Shown: in pieces, positions 35,830 to 47,939 of the stretch
How positions within the stretch are numbered: position 1 is the first letter of the stretch
How the letters are laid out: each line of letters opens with the position of its first letter
Assembly: GCF_036365525.1 (NCBI RefSeq)
Contig: NC_090371.1
Coordinates: 135,962,737-136,026,736, forward strand
Length of the DNA stretch: 64,000 nt
Direction: 5' to 3'
Origin: Heterodontus francisci
Lineage: Eukaryota
Translations under genes and position numbers: made by a program
Notes under the pieces: generated by a model
Told to the model about the DNA's origin: nothing
Database searches by the model: none
The model's input: the letters and a program-made list of their open reading frames with translations, nothing else

Positions 35830-37995
35830 AGTAATCATAGAATGGTTACAGCACAGAAGAGGCCATTCAGCCAGTCATGTCCATGCCAGCTCTCTGCAAC
35901 AGCAATTCAACTAGACCACTACTGCCGCTCCCCACCCCTTTTCCTTGTAGCCTTGCAAATATTTTCTCTTCAGGTGCTTATCCAATTCTCTTTTGGAAGC
36001 CACAATTGGATCTACCTCCAGCACACACTCAGGCAGTGCATTCCAGATCCTAACCATTTGCTACTTAAAAACGTTTTTCCTCATGTTGCTGTTCCTTCGT
36101 TTGCCAATCACCTTAAGTTAGTGTTCTCTGGGTCTCGATTGTTCTGTCAATGGGAACAGTTTCACTCTATCTACTGTGTCTTAGAGGTGTTCAAAATCAT
36201 AAGGGGTCTATCAAGTCTCTTCTCGACCCTCTCTTCTCTAAGGAGAACCACCCCAGTTTCTCCAGTCTATCCTCGTAACTGATGTCCCTCATCCCTGGAC
36301 CCATTCTCATAAATCTTTACTGCACCCTCTTTAGGAAGGATGTGAAGGCTTTAAAATGTGGTGCCCAGAATTGAACACAATACTCCAGTTCAGGCCAAAA
36401 GAGTGATTTATAAAGGTTCATCATAACTTCCTTGCTTTTATACTCTCTGCATCTATTTATAAAGCCCAGGATCCCATATTCCTTTCAGCCACTTTCTCAA
36501 CATGTCCTGCCACCTTCAACAGTTAATGCACATGTACCCCTAGATCTCTCTGTTCCTGTACTCCCTTTAGAATTGTATCCTTTATTTTATATTGCCTCTC
36601 CTCACTCTTCCTACTAAAATGTGTCACTTTACACTTCTCTGCATTAAATTTCATCTGCCACAGTTCTGCCCATTCCACCAGCCTGTCTGTGCCCTTTTGA
36701 AGTCTATCATTGTCCTCCTCACAATTCATATTACTTCCAGGTTTTATGTCATCTGCAAATTTTGAAATTGTGCCCTATACACTCAAGTCTAGGTCATTAA
36801 TATATATCAAAAAAAGCAGCGGTCCCAGTCCAAACCCCGGGGAATCCCACTGTATATCTTCCTCCAGTCCGACAAACAACCTTTCACCATTACTCTCCAT
36901 TTTAAATGGAGTATAATGTGGAAAAATGTGAAATTGTGCATTTTAGCGGGAAGAATTTAAAAAAAGCATATTATCTAAATGGTGAGAGATTGCAGAGTTC
37001 TGAAATGCAGAGGGATCTGGGTGTCCTAATGCATGAATTGCAAAAGGTTAGTATGCAGGTACAGCAAGTAATTAGGAAAGCTAACAAAATGGTATTGTTT
37101 ATTGCAAAGGGAATTGAATACAAAAGTAGGGAGGCTGTGCTTCAGCTATAAAGGGCAATGGTGAGACCACATCTGGAGTACTGTGTACAATGTTGGCCTC
37201 CTTATTTAAGGAAGGAAGTAAATGCATTGGAAGCAGTTCAGAGAAGGTTTACTAGACTAATATCTGGAATGGATGGGCTGTCTTAGGAGGACAGGTTGGA
37301 CAGACTAGGCTTGTATCTACTGGAATTTAGAAGAGTAAGAGGTGACTTGATTGAAACATATAAGATCCTGAGGGGTCTTGACAGGGTGTATGCAGAAAGG
37401 ATGTTTCATCTTGTGGGAGAATCTTGAACTAGGGGTCACTGTTTAAAAATAAGGGGTCACCCATTTAAGACAGAGATGAGGGGAAATTTTTTTCTCTGAG
37501 GGTTGTGAGTCTTTGGAACTCTCCTCCTTAAAAGGCAGTGGAAGCAAGGCCTTTGAATATTTTTAGGCAGAGGTAGATAGATTCTTGCTAAGCAAGGGGG
37601 TGAAAGGTGATCAGGGGTAGGCGGGATTGTGAAGTTGAGGTTACAATCAGATCAGCCATGATATTGAATGGCGGAGCAGGCTCGAGGGGCCAAGTGGCCT
37701 ACTCCTGCTCCTAATTTGTATGTTCGTATGTTTCTTGTTACTCAGCCAACTTCATATCCATTATGTCACTGTCCCTTGTATTCCATGAGCTTCAGCCTGG
37801 CTGGCAAGCCTATTATGTGCACCTTATCAAATGCCTTTTCGAAGTCCATGTACATTACATCAACTGTGTTGTCCTATTCAACCTGCTCTGTTACCTCAGC
37901 ATAAAACCTTCAACAGGATTTGCCTTAAACAAATCCACGCTGGTTTTCCTTAATTAATCCACACTAGTGTAAGACTTTGTTAATTTTGTCCTAGA
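35830..37995 (-). mobile_element. CR1 fragment (-) containing a nested opposite-strand CR1 3' fragment (+, about 36900-37730)
   Basis: Minus ORF DRLVEWAELWQMKFNAEKC, and plus ORF MEYNVEKCEIVHF..QRDLGV ending in a (tgtatgtt)-like tail. The minus copy resumes at about 37731. Confidence 0.85.
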
Positions 37996-37999
37996 TTGT

Positions 38000-38760
38000 T
38001 GGGCTAGGCGGGCCGCACGCCAAAGAGCTGCCGCAATCTCCCGCGTGGCGGTTCGTTTAAATAGCTTGGGCGGCCCACCTCCTCCACCCACCCCCCAGTC
38101 AATGCAGGGGGCAGGCTGTCCGTCCCCGGCACTGACGTCAGCTGCCTGTGCGCAGGCGCTGGCGCCATTCTTAAAGGGCAGCCAGCCCTGTTGGCATATT
38201 TAAATTTTTAAAGATACCACCCGCCCCAAAATTTATTAAATTTTCTAATACCCCTTTCCCACCCCCAGTAACAATTACATTAACTATTTGCCCTCCCCCC
38301 CACCCCCACCCCCCCCCCGCAAAACACCTTTGAAATCTGACTTTCGCCCCGCTCCCCCAGACTGCACAAAGTTTAAAGATCACCCCTTCCCACCATTCCC
38401 TACACCTTTATCTGACCCCGCCACACTGGAAATCTTAACTCCTCCCCCCATCCCCACCAGTATCACACCGGCTTTCCCCAAACGGGGAATTGAAGGCGTG
38501 GGGCTGCCGCACTGAGTATTGCCGCAGACCTGTAAGATTTCTGGTAAGTTTATTTTAATGTATTCATTTCATTGATTTATATATGTAGACGCTGGTCCTG
38601 TCGCCCAGTGGTGGTGAGGCCGCCACGGAGCCTCACCACCGCCAAGAGAATTGGGCCATGCCCTCCTGCTGTCGAGCTCCGAGGCAGGCCTCTGCCACAA
38701 CCAAACTTCCGGTTCCCCCCACCCGCCCGCCCCCCCCACGATGAGCCTGATGCCGTGGTC
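38000..38760. mobile_element. GC/CpG-rich non-autonomous DNA transposon remnant (Harbinger-like)
   Basis: Sharp GC-rich block with poly-C tracts resembling the subterminal regions at 17824-18130 and 20700-20880. No clear TIR pair. Confidence 0.45.
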
Positions 38761-38814
38761 TTTGTAACATCCAGCCATCATCTCTAAAAGCACCAAGGTT
38801 AAACTGACTGATGA

Positions 38815-39600
38815 TAAGATCATAAGAAATAGGAGCAGGAGTAGTCCATTCAGCCCCTTGAACCTGCTCTGCCATTCAATGAGATCATGGTTGAACTGAT
38901 TGTGGCCTTATCTCCACTTTCCCTTCTGCCTCCCATAACCCTTTACTCCCTTGTAGATCAAAAATCTGTCTAACTCAGCCTTGAATATATTCAGTGATCC
39001 ATTCTCCACTGCTGGAGGGAAGAGAGTTCCAAAGAGTAATGACCCTCCTGAGAGAAACAATTCCTCCTCATCTCCGTCTTAAAAGGGACACCCCTTATTT
39101 TGAAATTGTGCCTCCGAGTTCTAGATTCCCCCATGAGGGGAACCACCCTCTCAGCATCTACCCTGTCAAGCCCCCTCAGAATCCTTTTATGTTTCAATAA
39201 GATCACCTCTCATTCTTCTAAACTCCAATGAGTTTAGGTCCAACCTGCTCAACCTTTGCTCATAAGACAACCCATTCATCCCAGGAATCAGCCCAGTGAA
39301 CCTTCTTTGAACTTCTTCCAATGCAAGTGTATCCCTCCTTAAGCAAGGAGACCAAAACTGTACGTAGTACTCTAGGTGAGGTCTCACCAACATCCTATAC
39401 TGTTGTAGCAAGACTTTCTTACTTTCCTACTCCATCCCCCTTGTAATAAATGTCAACATTTCTATTTGTTTTCCTAATTACTTGCTGTACCAGCATGTTA
39501 ACATTTTGTGATTCATGTACAAGGACTCCCAGATCTTTCTATACCACAGCATTCTACAGTTTCTCTCCATGTAAAAACTATTCTGTTTTTCTATTCTTCC
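38815..39600 (-). mobile_element. CR1 3' fragment
   Basis: LVRPHLEYYVQFWSP..RRMRGDLIET, with tail cataagaaataggagcaggagtag. Confidence 0.9.
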
Positions 39601-39971
39601 CTTTACGTGCAACTCTAGTGCCTTTAATTGGTAAATATCCATGTCATCAAAGAGAATGGTACCTTTGAATTAGGAGATTAAATCAAGAAGGTTTAGAAAA
39701 TACCATAAATGGTGAGACAGGCTTTTTTCAAATTGTTTTTGTAATTTGGGTGACACTGGCAAGGCAGTATGTATTGTCCATCCATAGTTGCCCTGAAGGC
39801 ATTAAGAGTGCACTATTTGCTGTGGAACTGGTGTTGCATGTAGGCCAGACCAGATAAGGGCAGTAAATTTCTTCTCAGAAGTGAACCAGTGGCCGCTCTC
39901 AGACTGATTTCATCAGATCACTTCCACTGATTGATTGAATTCAATTTCCCAAGTTGGGATTTGAACTCACA

Positions 39972-40380
39972 GGGCTGGATTTTAGTTGTGGGGTTGGGAC
40001 CCCGATGTCAGTGCATTTACAGGTCCTGACCCTGCAATGCTTTGGTACCTGACACTCAGCATGATTTTTTACGAGCTGGCCAATTAATAGCCAGGGAGCT
40101 ACTTGCCGTCCAATTAAGAACAGGGGGTGGGCTACGGAGGCTGGAGAAGCAATAGGAGGCTCTCCTGCACTCTCAGATTGGCAGCCCCACTGTCTGAGGT
40201 GGGAGCTGCTGATGTATGTAGGAGAGAGAGGGTGCATTAAGATGGAGACGCCCTCTGAAGACTTTTGGAAAAGGTTAGGTTAGAACTGGACATAGCTTCT
40301 AGACCGCTACTGTGGAGGGGGAGCCCTGTGCCTGCAGCTGTGGCCATCTCAATATATTCTCTGGCGGGGAACAGGTCATG
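39972..40380. mobile_element. Harbinger-type MITE left half
   Basis: Starts gggctggatttt and is colinear with 27791-28180 (ccaattaa..gtccaattaag..ggagagagagg). Confidence 0.65.
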
Positions 40381-40414
40381 TTTAAAATGATGTTGGAATG
40401 TTGGTGCCTCGATC

Positions 40415-40735
40415 TGCCATCAGGAGGTAATAGGGAAAATGCAAGAATCTATTATAAAGGATGTGATAACCGGACGCATAGAAAATGATTGTTGTTGACC
40501 AGTGGATGTGCTGTATTTGGATTTTCAGAAGGCTTTCTATAAGGTCCCACGCAAGAGGTTCGTTAACTAAATGAGAGCACATGGGATTGGGGATAATATA
40601 CTGGTATGGATTGAGAACTGATTAACGGACAGAAAATAGGAATAAACAGGTCTTTCTCAGGTTGGCAGGCTGTGAATAGTGGGGTACCGCAAGGATCAGT
40701 GCCTGAACCCCAGCTATTCACAATCTATATCAATG
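40415..40735 (+). mobile_element. CR1 RT fragment
   Basis: tatttggattttcagaaggcttt..ggggtaccgcaaggatcagtg..acaatctatatcaatg. Confidence 0.8.
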
Positions 40736-40751
40736 TATTGTTTCCACATTA

Positions 40752-41505
40752 ATATAAAAGCAAAATGCTGCAGATGCTGGAAATCTGAAATAAAAACAAG
40801 AAATGCTGGAAATACTCAGCAGGTCTGGCAGAATCTGTGGAGAGAGAAGCAGAGTTAACGTTTCAGGTCAGTGACCCTTCATCAGAACTGGCAAATATGA
40901 GAAATGTAATAGGTTTTAAGCAAGTAAAGCAGGGGCGGGGCAAGAGATAACAAAAGAGAAGGTGTTGATAGGACAAGGTCACAGAGAATAACTGACCAGA
41001 AGGTCATGGAGCAAAGGCAAATGGTATGTTAATGGTGTGTTGAAAGACAAAGCATTAGTACAGAAAGGGTATTAATTGACAGAAAAATGAACAGCCCTGG
41101 CCCCAAGCACAAACATGAAAAAATCAGCAGGCAGGCACAGTAGAAACAAAGTAAAATAAAATGAACAAGGAAAAAGAAAAAATAACTAAAAATAAAAATA
41201 GGGGCCTGTCATACTATGAAATTATTGAACTCAATGTAGCGTGCCTAATCGGTAAATGAGGTGCTGTTACTCGAGCTTGCGTTGATGTTCACTGGAACAC
41301 TGCAGCAATTCCAGGACAGAGTTGTGGGCACAAAAGCAGGGGGAGTGTTGAAATGGCCAGCAACCGGAAGCTCGGGGTCGTGCTGATAACACAAAACTAG
41401 GTGGAATGTGAAATAAAAACAAAAAGTACTGAAAATACTCAGCAGGTCTGGCAGCATCTGTGGAGAGAGAAGCAAAGTTAACATTTCAGGTCAGTGACCT
41501 TTCAT
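40752..41505 (-). mobile_element. Penelope-like element 3' portion: pLTR, GIY-YIG C-terminus, 3' UTR, pLTR
   Basis: Minus strand HDPELPVAGHFNTP and QCSSEHQRKLE*QHLIYRLGTL (41240-41385) match the GIY-YIG C-terminus of Penelope-like elements. Direct pLTR copies at 41408-41505 and 40752-40890. Confidence 0.85.
40853..40889 (-). ncRNA. Minimal type I hammerhead ribozyme (Penelope pLTR)
   Basis: AGUU-CUGAUGA-A-GGGUC-ACU-GACCU-GAAA-CG-UU-AACU. Stem I AGUU/AACU, conserved core, stem II, palindromic ACGU stem III, GUU cleavage triplet. Confidence 0.8.
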
Positions 41506-41506
41506 A

Positions 41507-42940
41507 ATTCACGGGATGTGGACGTCGCTGGCTAGGCCAGCATTTATTGCCCATCCCTAATTGCCCTTGAGAAGCTGGCGGTGAGCCACCTTCTTGAACT
41601 GCTGCAGTCCATGTGGGGTAGGTACACCCACAGTGCTGTTAGGAAGGGGATTCCAGGATTTTGACCCAGCGACAGTGAAGGAATGGCGATCTAGTTCCAA
41701 GTCAGGGTGGTGTGTGGCTTGGAGGGGAACTTGCAGGTGGTGGTGTTCCCATGCATCTGCTGCCATTCTCCTTGTAGGTGGTAGAGTTTGCAGGTTTGGA
41801 AGTTGCAGTCGAAGGAGCCTTGGTACATTGCTGCTGTGCATCTTTCAGATGGTACACACTGCTGCCACTGTGCGTTGGTGGTGGGGAGTGAATGTTTGTG
41901 GATGGGGTGCCAATCAAGCGGGCTGCTTTGTTCTGGATGGTGTTCAGCTTCTTGAGTGTTATCGGAGCTGCACCCATCCAGGCAACTGGAAAGTGTTTCA
42001 TCACACTCCTGGCTTGTGCCTTGTAGATGGTGGACAGGCTTTGGGGAGTCAGGAGGTAAGTTACTCGCTGCAGGGTTCCTAGCCTCTGACCTGCTCTTGT
42101 AGCCATAGTATTTATATGGCTACTCCAGTTAGTTTCGGATAACCCCCAGGATGTTGATCTTGGGGGATTCAGTGATCATAATACCATTGAATATCATGGG
42201 GAGATGGTTAGATTCTCTCTTGTTGGAGATAGTCATTTCCTGGCACTTGTGTGGCACAAATGTTACTTGTCACTTATTAGCCCAAGCCTGGATATTGTCC
42301 AGGTCCTGCTGCATTTCTACACTGACAACTTCAGTATCTGAGGAGTCTCGAATGGTGCTGAACATTGTGCAATCATCAGTGAACATCTCCACTTCTGACT
42401 TTATGATTGAAGGAAGGTCATCGATGAAGCAGCTGAAGATGTTTGGGCCTAGAACACTACCCTGAGGAACTCCTGCAGTGATGACCTGGAGCTGAGATGA
42501 TTGACCTCCAACAACCACAACCATCTTCCTTTGCGCTCCCACCAGCGGAGAGGTTTCCCCCTGATTTCCATTGACTCCAGTTTTGCTAGGGCACCTCGAT
42601 GTCATACTCGGTCAAATGCTGCTTTGATGTCAAGGGCAGTCACTCTCACCTCACCTCTTGAGTTCAGCTCTTTTGTCCATGTTTGAACCAAGGCTGTAAT
42701 GATGTCAGGAGTTGAGTGGCCCTGGCGGAATCCAAACTGCGCGTCACGGAGCAGGTTATTGCTAAGCAAGCGCCGCCTGATAGTACTGTCGACGGTACCA
42801 TCCATCACTTTACTGATGAGCGAGAGTAGACTGATGAGGCGGTAATTAACCGGGTTGGACTTGTCCTGCTTTTTGTGTACAGGACATATCTGGGCAATTT
42901 TCCACATTGCTGGATAAATGCCAGTGTTGTAGCTGTACTG
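41507..42940 (-). mobile_element. Daphne/Crack-like LINE 3' part
   Basis: QFGFRQGHST, ALDIKAAFDRV and AGVPQGSVLGP..MFTDD. Same family as 21881-23227. Confidence 0.88.
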
Positions 42941-43199
42941 TGATCTCATTGAAACATACAAAATTCTTACAGGGTTCGACAGTGTGGATGCAGGAAAGAT
43001 GTTTCCCCTGTCTGGGGGAGTGGGGGGGGGGTGTCTATTCAGTGAGTCTCTCAGTTACCTTTACATAGACATTGAAGCAGGTTTAAAGTAAATTAAAAGA
43101 AAAATTAATAGATTTTCCTTAGACTTAGCTCTTGATCACACCCTACCCTACATGTTTCTCATGAGTGGAAAACAGTTTATTGCTTTAAAGAGAGGGACC

Positions 43200-44735
43200 T
43201 TCTCTGGTCCAGATGAGATGTATCCCAAGCTGTTATGTGAGGCAAGGGAGGAGATAGCGGGGGCTCTGACACAAATTTTCACATCCTGTCTGGCCATAGG
43301 AGAGGTGCCAGAGGACTGGAGGATAGTGAATATGGCACCATTATTCAAGAAGGGTAGCAGGGATAAACCAGGTAATTATAGGCCTGTGAGTCTAACATCA
43401 GTGGTAGGGAAATTATTGGAAAAAATTCTGAGGTACAGGATTAATCTCCACTTGGAGAGATGGGGATTAATCATGGATAGCCAGCATGGCTTTGTCGGGG
43501 GAGATCGTGTCTAAAGAAATTTGATTGAATTTTTCGAGGAGGTGACTAGAGGTGTAGATGAGGGTAAAGCAGTTGATGTCATCTACATGGACTTTAGTAA
43601 GGCTTTTGATAAGGTTCCGCATGGGAGATTGGTTAAGAAAGTAAGAGCCCATGGGATCCAGGGTAATTTGGCAAATTGGATTCAAAATTGGCTTAGTGGA
43701 AGGAGGCAGAGGGTGATGGTAGAGGGTTGTTTTTGCGAATGGAGGCCTGTGACCAGTGCAGTACCGCAGGGATCGGTGCTGGGACCCTTGCCGTTTGTAG
43801 TGTGCATTAATGATTTAGATGTGAATATAGGAGGTATGATCAGTAAGTTTGCAGATGACACGAAAATTGGTGGTATCATAAATAGTGAGGATTATAGGAC
43901 GATATATATACGGAGCTGTGGCAAATGGAATTTAATCCTCAGAAGTGTGAGGTGATGCACTTTGGGAGGATTAACTGGGCAGGAGAATATACAATGGATG
44001 GTAGGACCCTAGGGAGTTCAGAGGGACCTTGGTATACGTGTCCATAGATCACTGAAGGCAACAGCACAGGTAGATAAGTTGGTTAGGAAGGCATATGGGA
44101 TACTTGCCTTTATTAGCCGAGGCACAGAATATAAGAGCAGGGAGGTTATGATGGAGCTGTATAAAACGCTGGTTAGGCCGCAGCTGGAGTACTGTGTACA
44201 GTTCTAGGCCCCACACTATAGGAAGGATGTGATTGCACTGGAGAGGGTGCAGAGGCAATTCACCAGGATGTTGCCTGGACTAGAGCATTTCAGCTATGAA
44301 GAGAGACTGGTTAGCTGGGGTTATTTTCCTTGGAGCAGAGAAGGCTGAGGGGGACCTGATAGAGGTATGCAAAATTATGAGGGGCATTGATAGGATAGAT
44401 GGGAAGAAGCTTATTCCCTTAGCAGAGAGGTCAATATCTAGGGGGCATAGGTTTAAGGTAAGGGGCAGGAGGTTTAGAGGAGAGTTGAGGAGAAATGTTT
44501 TTACCCAGAAGGTGGTTGGAATCTGGAGCACACTACCTGAAGGGGTGGTAGGGGCAGGAATACTCAAGACATTTAAGAAGTATTTAGATGAGCACTTGAA
44601 ACGCCATAACATACAAGGCTACGGGCCAAGTGCGGGGAAGTGGGATTAGTTTTGGATGGGTGCTTGATGGTTGCTGCAGGCGCGTTGGGCTGAAGGGCCT
44701 GTATCTGTGCTGTAAAACTCTATCACTCTATGACC
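43200..44735 (+). mobile_element. Decayed CR1 (same subfamily as the intact ORF2 copy)
   Basis: REEIAGALT, PGNYRPVSLTSVVGKLLEK, YMDFSKAFDKVPHGRL and KFADD, with frameshifts. Confidence 0.92.
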
Positions 44736-44760
44736 TTAAGAGCCATTGCTATCAGATATC

Positions 44761-46850
44761 TTCTTCTTTGGCCTCCTTGTCTCAAGAGACAATGGGTAAG
44801 CGCCTAAAGGTGGTCAGTGGTTTGTGAAGCAGCGCCTGGAGTGGCTATAAAGGCCAATTCTAGGTGACAGACTCTTCCACAGGTGCTGCAGATAAAATTG
44901 CTTGTCGGGGCTGTTGCACAGTTGGCTCTCTCCTTGCACTTCTGTCTTTTTTTCCTGCCAGCTGCTAAGTCTCTTCGAGTCGCCACTCTTTAGCCCCGCC
45001 TTTATGGTTGCCCGCCAGCTCTGGCGATCGCTGGCAACTGACTCCCACGACTTGTGGTCAGTGTCACAGGACTTCATGTCACGTTTGCAGACGTCTTTAA
45101 AGCGGAGGCATGGACGGCCGGTGGGTCTGACACCAGTGACCAGCTCGCTGTACAATGCGTCCTTGGGGATCCTGCCATCTTCCATGCAGCTCACATGGCC
45201 AAGCCATCTCAATCACCGCTGACTCAGGATGGTGTATATGCTGGGGATGTTGGCTGCCTCGAGGACTTCTGTGTTGGAGATACGGTCCTGCCACCTGATG
45301 CCAAGGATTCTCCGGAGGCAGCGAAGATGGACTGAGTTGAGACGTCGCTCTTGGCTGACATACGTTGTCCAGGCCTCGCTGCCGTAGAGCAAGGTACTGA
45401 GGACACAGGCTTGAAACACTCGAACTTTTGTGTTCCGCATCAGTACGCCATTTTCCCACGCTCTCTTGGCCAGTCTGGACATAGCAGCGGACGCCTTTCC
45501 CATGCGCTTGTTGATTTCTGCATCGAGAGACAGGTTACTGGTGATAGTTGAGCCTAGGTAGGTGAACTCTTGAACCACTTCCAGAGTGTGGTCGCCGATA
45601 TTGATGGATGGAGCATTTCTGACATCCTGTCCCATGATGTTTGTTTTCTTGAGGCTGATGGTTAGGCCAATTTCATTGCAGGCAGCTGCAATCCTGTCGA
45701 TGAGTCTCTGCTGACACTCTTCAGTGTGAGATGTTAATGCAGCATTGCCAGAAAAGAGCAGCTCCCTGATGAGGACTTTCTGTGCTTTGATCTTTGCTCT
45801 AAGACGGGCAAGGTTGAACAACCTGCCATCTGATCTTGTGTAGAGGAAAATTCCTTCTTCTGAAGACTTGAACGCATGTGAGAGCAGCAGTGAGAAGAAG
45901 ATCCCAAACAGTGTAGGTACGAGAACACAGCCCTGATTCACACCACTCAGGATAGGAAAGGGGTCTGATGAGGCACCGCTATGCTGAATTGTGCCCTTCA
46001 TAGTGTCATGGAATGAAGTGATGATACTTGGTAGCTTTGGTGGACATACGATCTTTGCTAGTAGTCTGAAGAGATGACGTCTGCTGACGAGATCAAAGGC
46101 TTTGGTGAGATCTATGAAAGCAACGTAGAGGGGCATCTGTTGTTCACGGTATTTCTCCTGTAGCTGGCGAAGGGAGAACAGCATGTCAATGGTGGATTTC
46201 CCTGCCCAAAAGCTGTACTGTGCCTCAGGGTAGAAACGCTCAGCCAGCTTCTGGAGTCAGTTTAAAATGACTCAAGCGAAGACTTAACCCACTACGCTGA
46301 GCAAAGAGATTCCATGGCAGTTGTTGCAGTTACCACGGTCACCCTTGTTCTTACAGAGGGTCATAATACTGGCATTGCGCATGTCCTGTGGTACTGCTCC
46401 CTCATCCCAGCACAGGCAAAGCAGTTCATGGAGTGCTGAGAATATAGCAGGCTTGGCACTCTTGATTATTTCAGGGGTAGTGCCATCCTTTCTAGGGGCT
46501 TTTCCACTGGCTACAGAATCAGTGGCATCACTGAGTTCCGATTTTGTTGACTGTTCGTCCAGCTCATCCATGACTGGCAGAGACTGTGCTGCATTGAGGG
46601 CGCTCTCAGTGACAACATTTTCCCTGGAGTACAGTTCTAGGTACCACCCAGCGGTCCATTTGCTTGCATTGGTCATTGATTGTGTTCTCTGATTTAGACT
46701 TGAGGGGGTGATCTTCTTGATGGTTGGCCCAAAAGCTCTCTTAATGCCATCATACATTCCTCTGATGTTTCCGATGTCGGAGGCCAGCTAAATACGACTG
46801 CATAGGTGTTGCCAGTAGTCATTTGCACAGCGCCTGGCTGTTCTTTGTGC
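44761..46850 (-). mobile_element. RTE-clade LINE, 5'-truncated and decayed
   Basis: MLFSLRQLQEKYREQ..VAFIDLTKAFD, GVNQGCVL, FTYLGS, LLYGSEAW and RWLGHV..GRIPK..RPTGRP are RTE-type motifs. GAA tail. Possible degraded TSD atcagatatctt/atcttatatctt. Confidence 0.9.
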
Positions 46851-47939
46851 ATCTTATATCTTACTATAATTAGCAGGAGCTCTGTTCTGGTGGATAGAAG
46901 CCACAACTGTGGGACATTGTGCATGTATGTATCTCAAACAGTATCCTAGTCACCAGCCTCAGGAGGACAGCTGCAAAGCACCTCTTTTGCATGGAGGATA
47001 CTTTTAAATATTTCAGATCAGTTCCATCCATGCCTGCTGCTCTGCTTAAGTTCTGTGCTCTGATTGCTTGTTCAGGTTGCCAAGTAATAGGGTCCCTGCA
47101 GGAACATTGGGTTGTTTTTCTGAAGTAGGCACTACAGGGACTGGATGTGACTTTTGTGACATAGGATGCACAATTTGTAGATAATTTAGGACCTGCAATT
47201 TTAACAAGTTACTGTTGATACACAAAATGATGTGAAAATTGCCCATGTTTCAAATGCTATGACTTGAATGTGATATACATCTTGACTCAAGTACACAAGT
47301 CTACTTGTGTGAAAAAATTGGTTTGATATCTATATCTGTGGCACTGATTGTGTTGTGTCCATGACTGATACTGGTATGAAACTCATGACTGTGGAGGACC
47401 TGTTTTTAAAACGGGTACCTTTCTATGGTTTTAATGTGGCCGGTTATGTCATGATGTTCAGAGTTGTGTGGGTGAGCAGCAAGTTGGACATTAATGCTAA
47501 TGTACATTGTGTGTGACCTGGAAACGCTTAGCAATGCCACCAGATAGATGATTGTTTTTTTAAAATCAGCTTTCCAACTCGATTAACATCCACTGTAAGG
47601 CAGCAAAAATGAAATTGTGTAATCCTGAAAGTCCCTTCTAAGAATAATGGTTGTGTGATATGTCAGCTACTCTCAAACTGGACTATTTCTACATGAGAAT
47701 GTAATGGCCTGGATTTTGTGGTTGTAATCGTGGCAAAACTGTCAACGTTCATGTCATTACTCTGTAAAACTGGCAGCATTCACTGTACTTACTGTGTGAA
47801 ATTGACAGCAACTTACCGAATCTGCATATGCATACTTAAACACTGAAATCCAGAAATTCCATAGCACCAATAGTTCCGGCACTACGGTAGTCGGTTGAGG
47901 AAAAAAATGGCGGAGGCTCCATGTCTGACAACTCATGGT

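Noticed and set aside
38000-38760. CpG island or promoter
   Set aside because: It resembles transposon subterminal sequence elsewhere in the window, and there is no evidence of a linked first exon.
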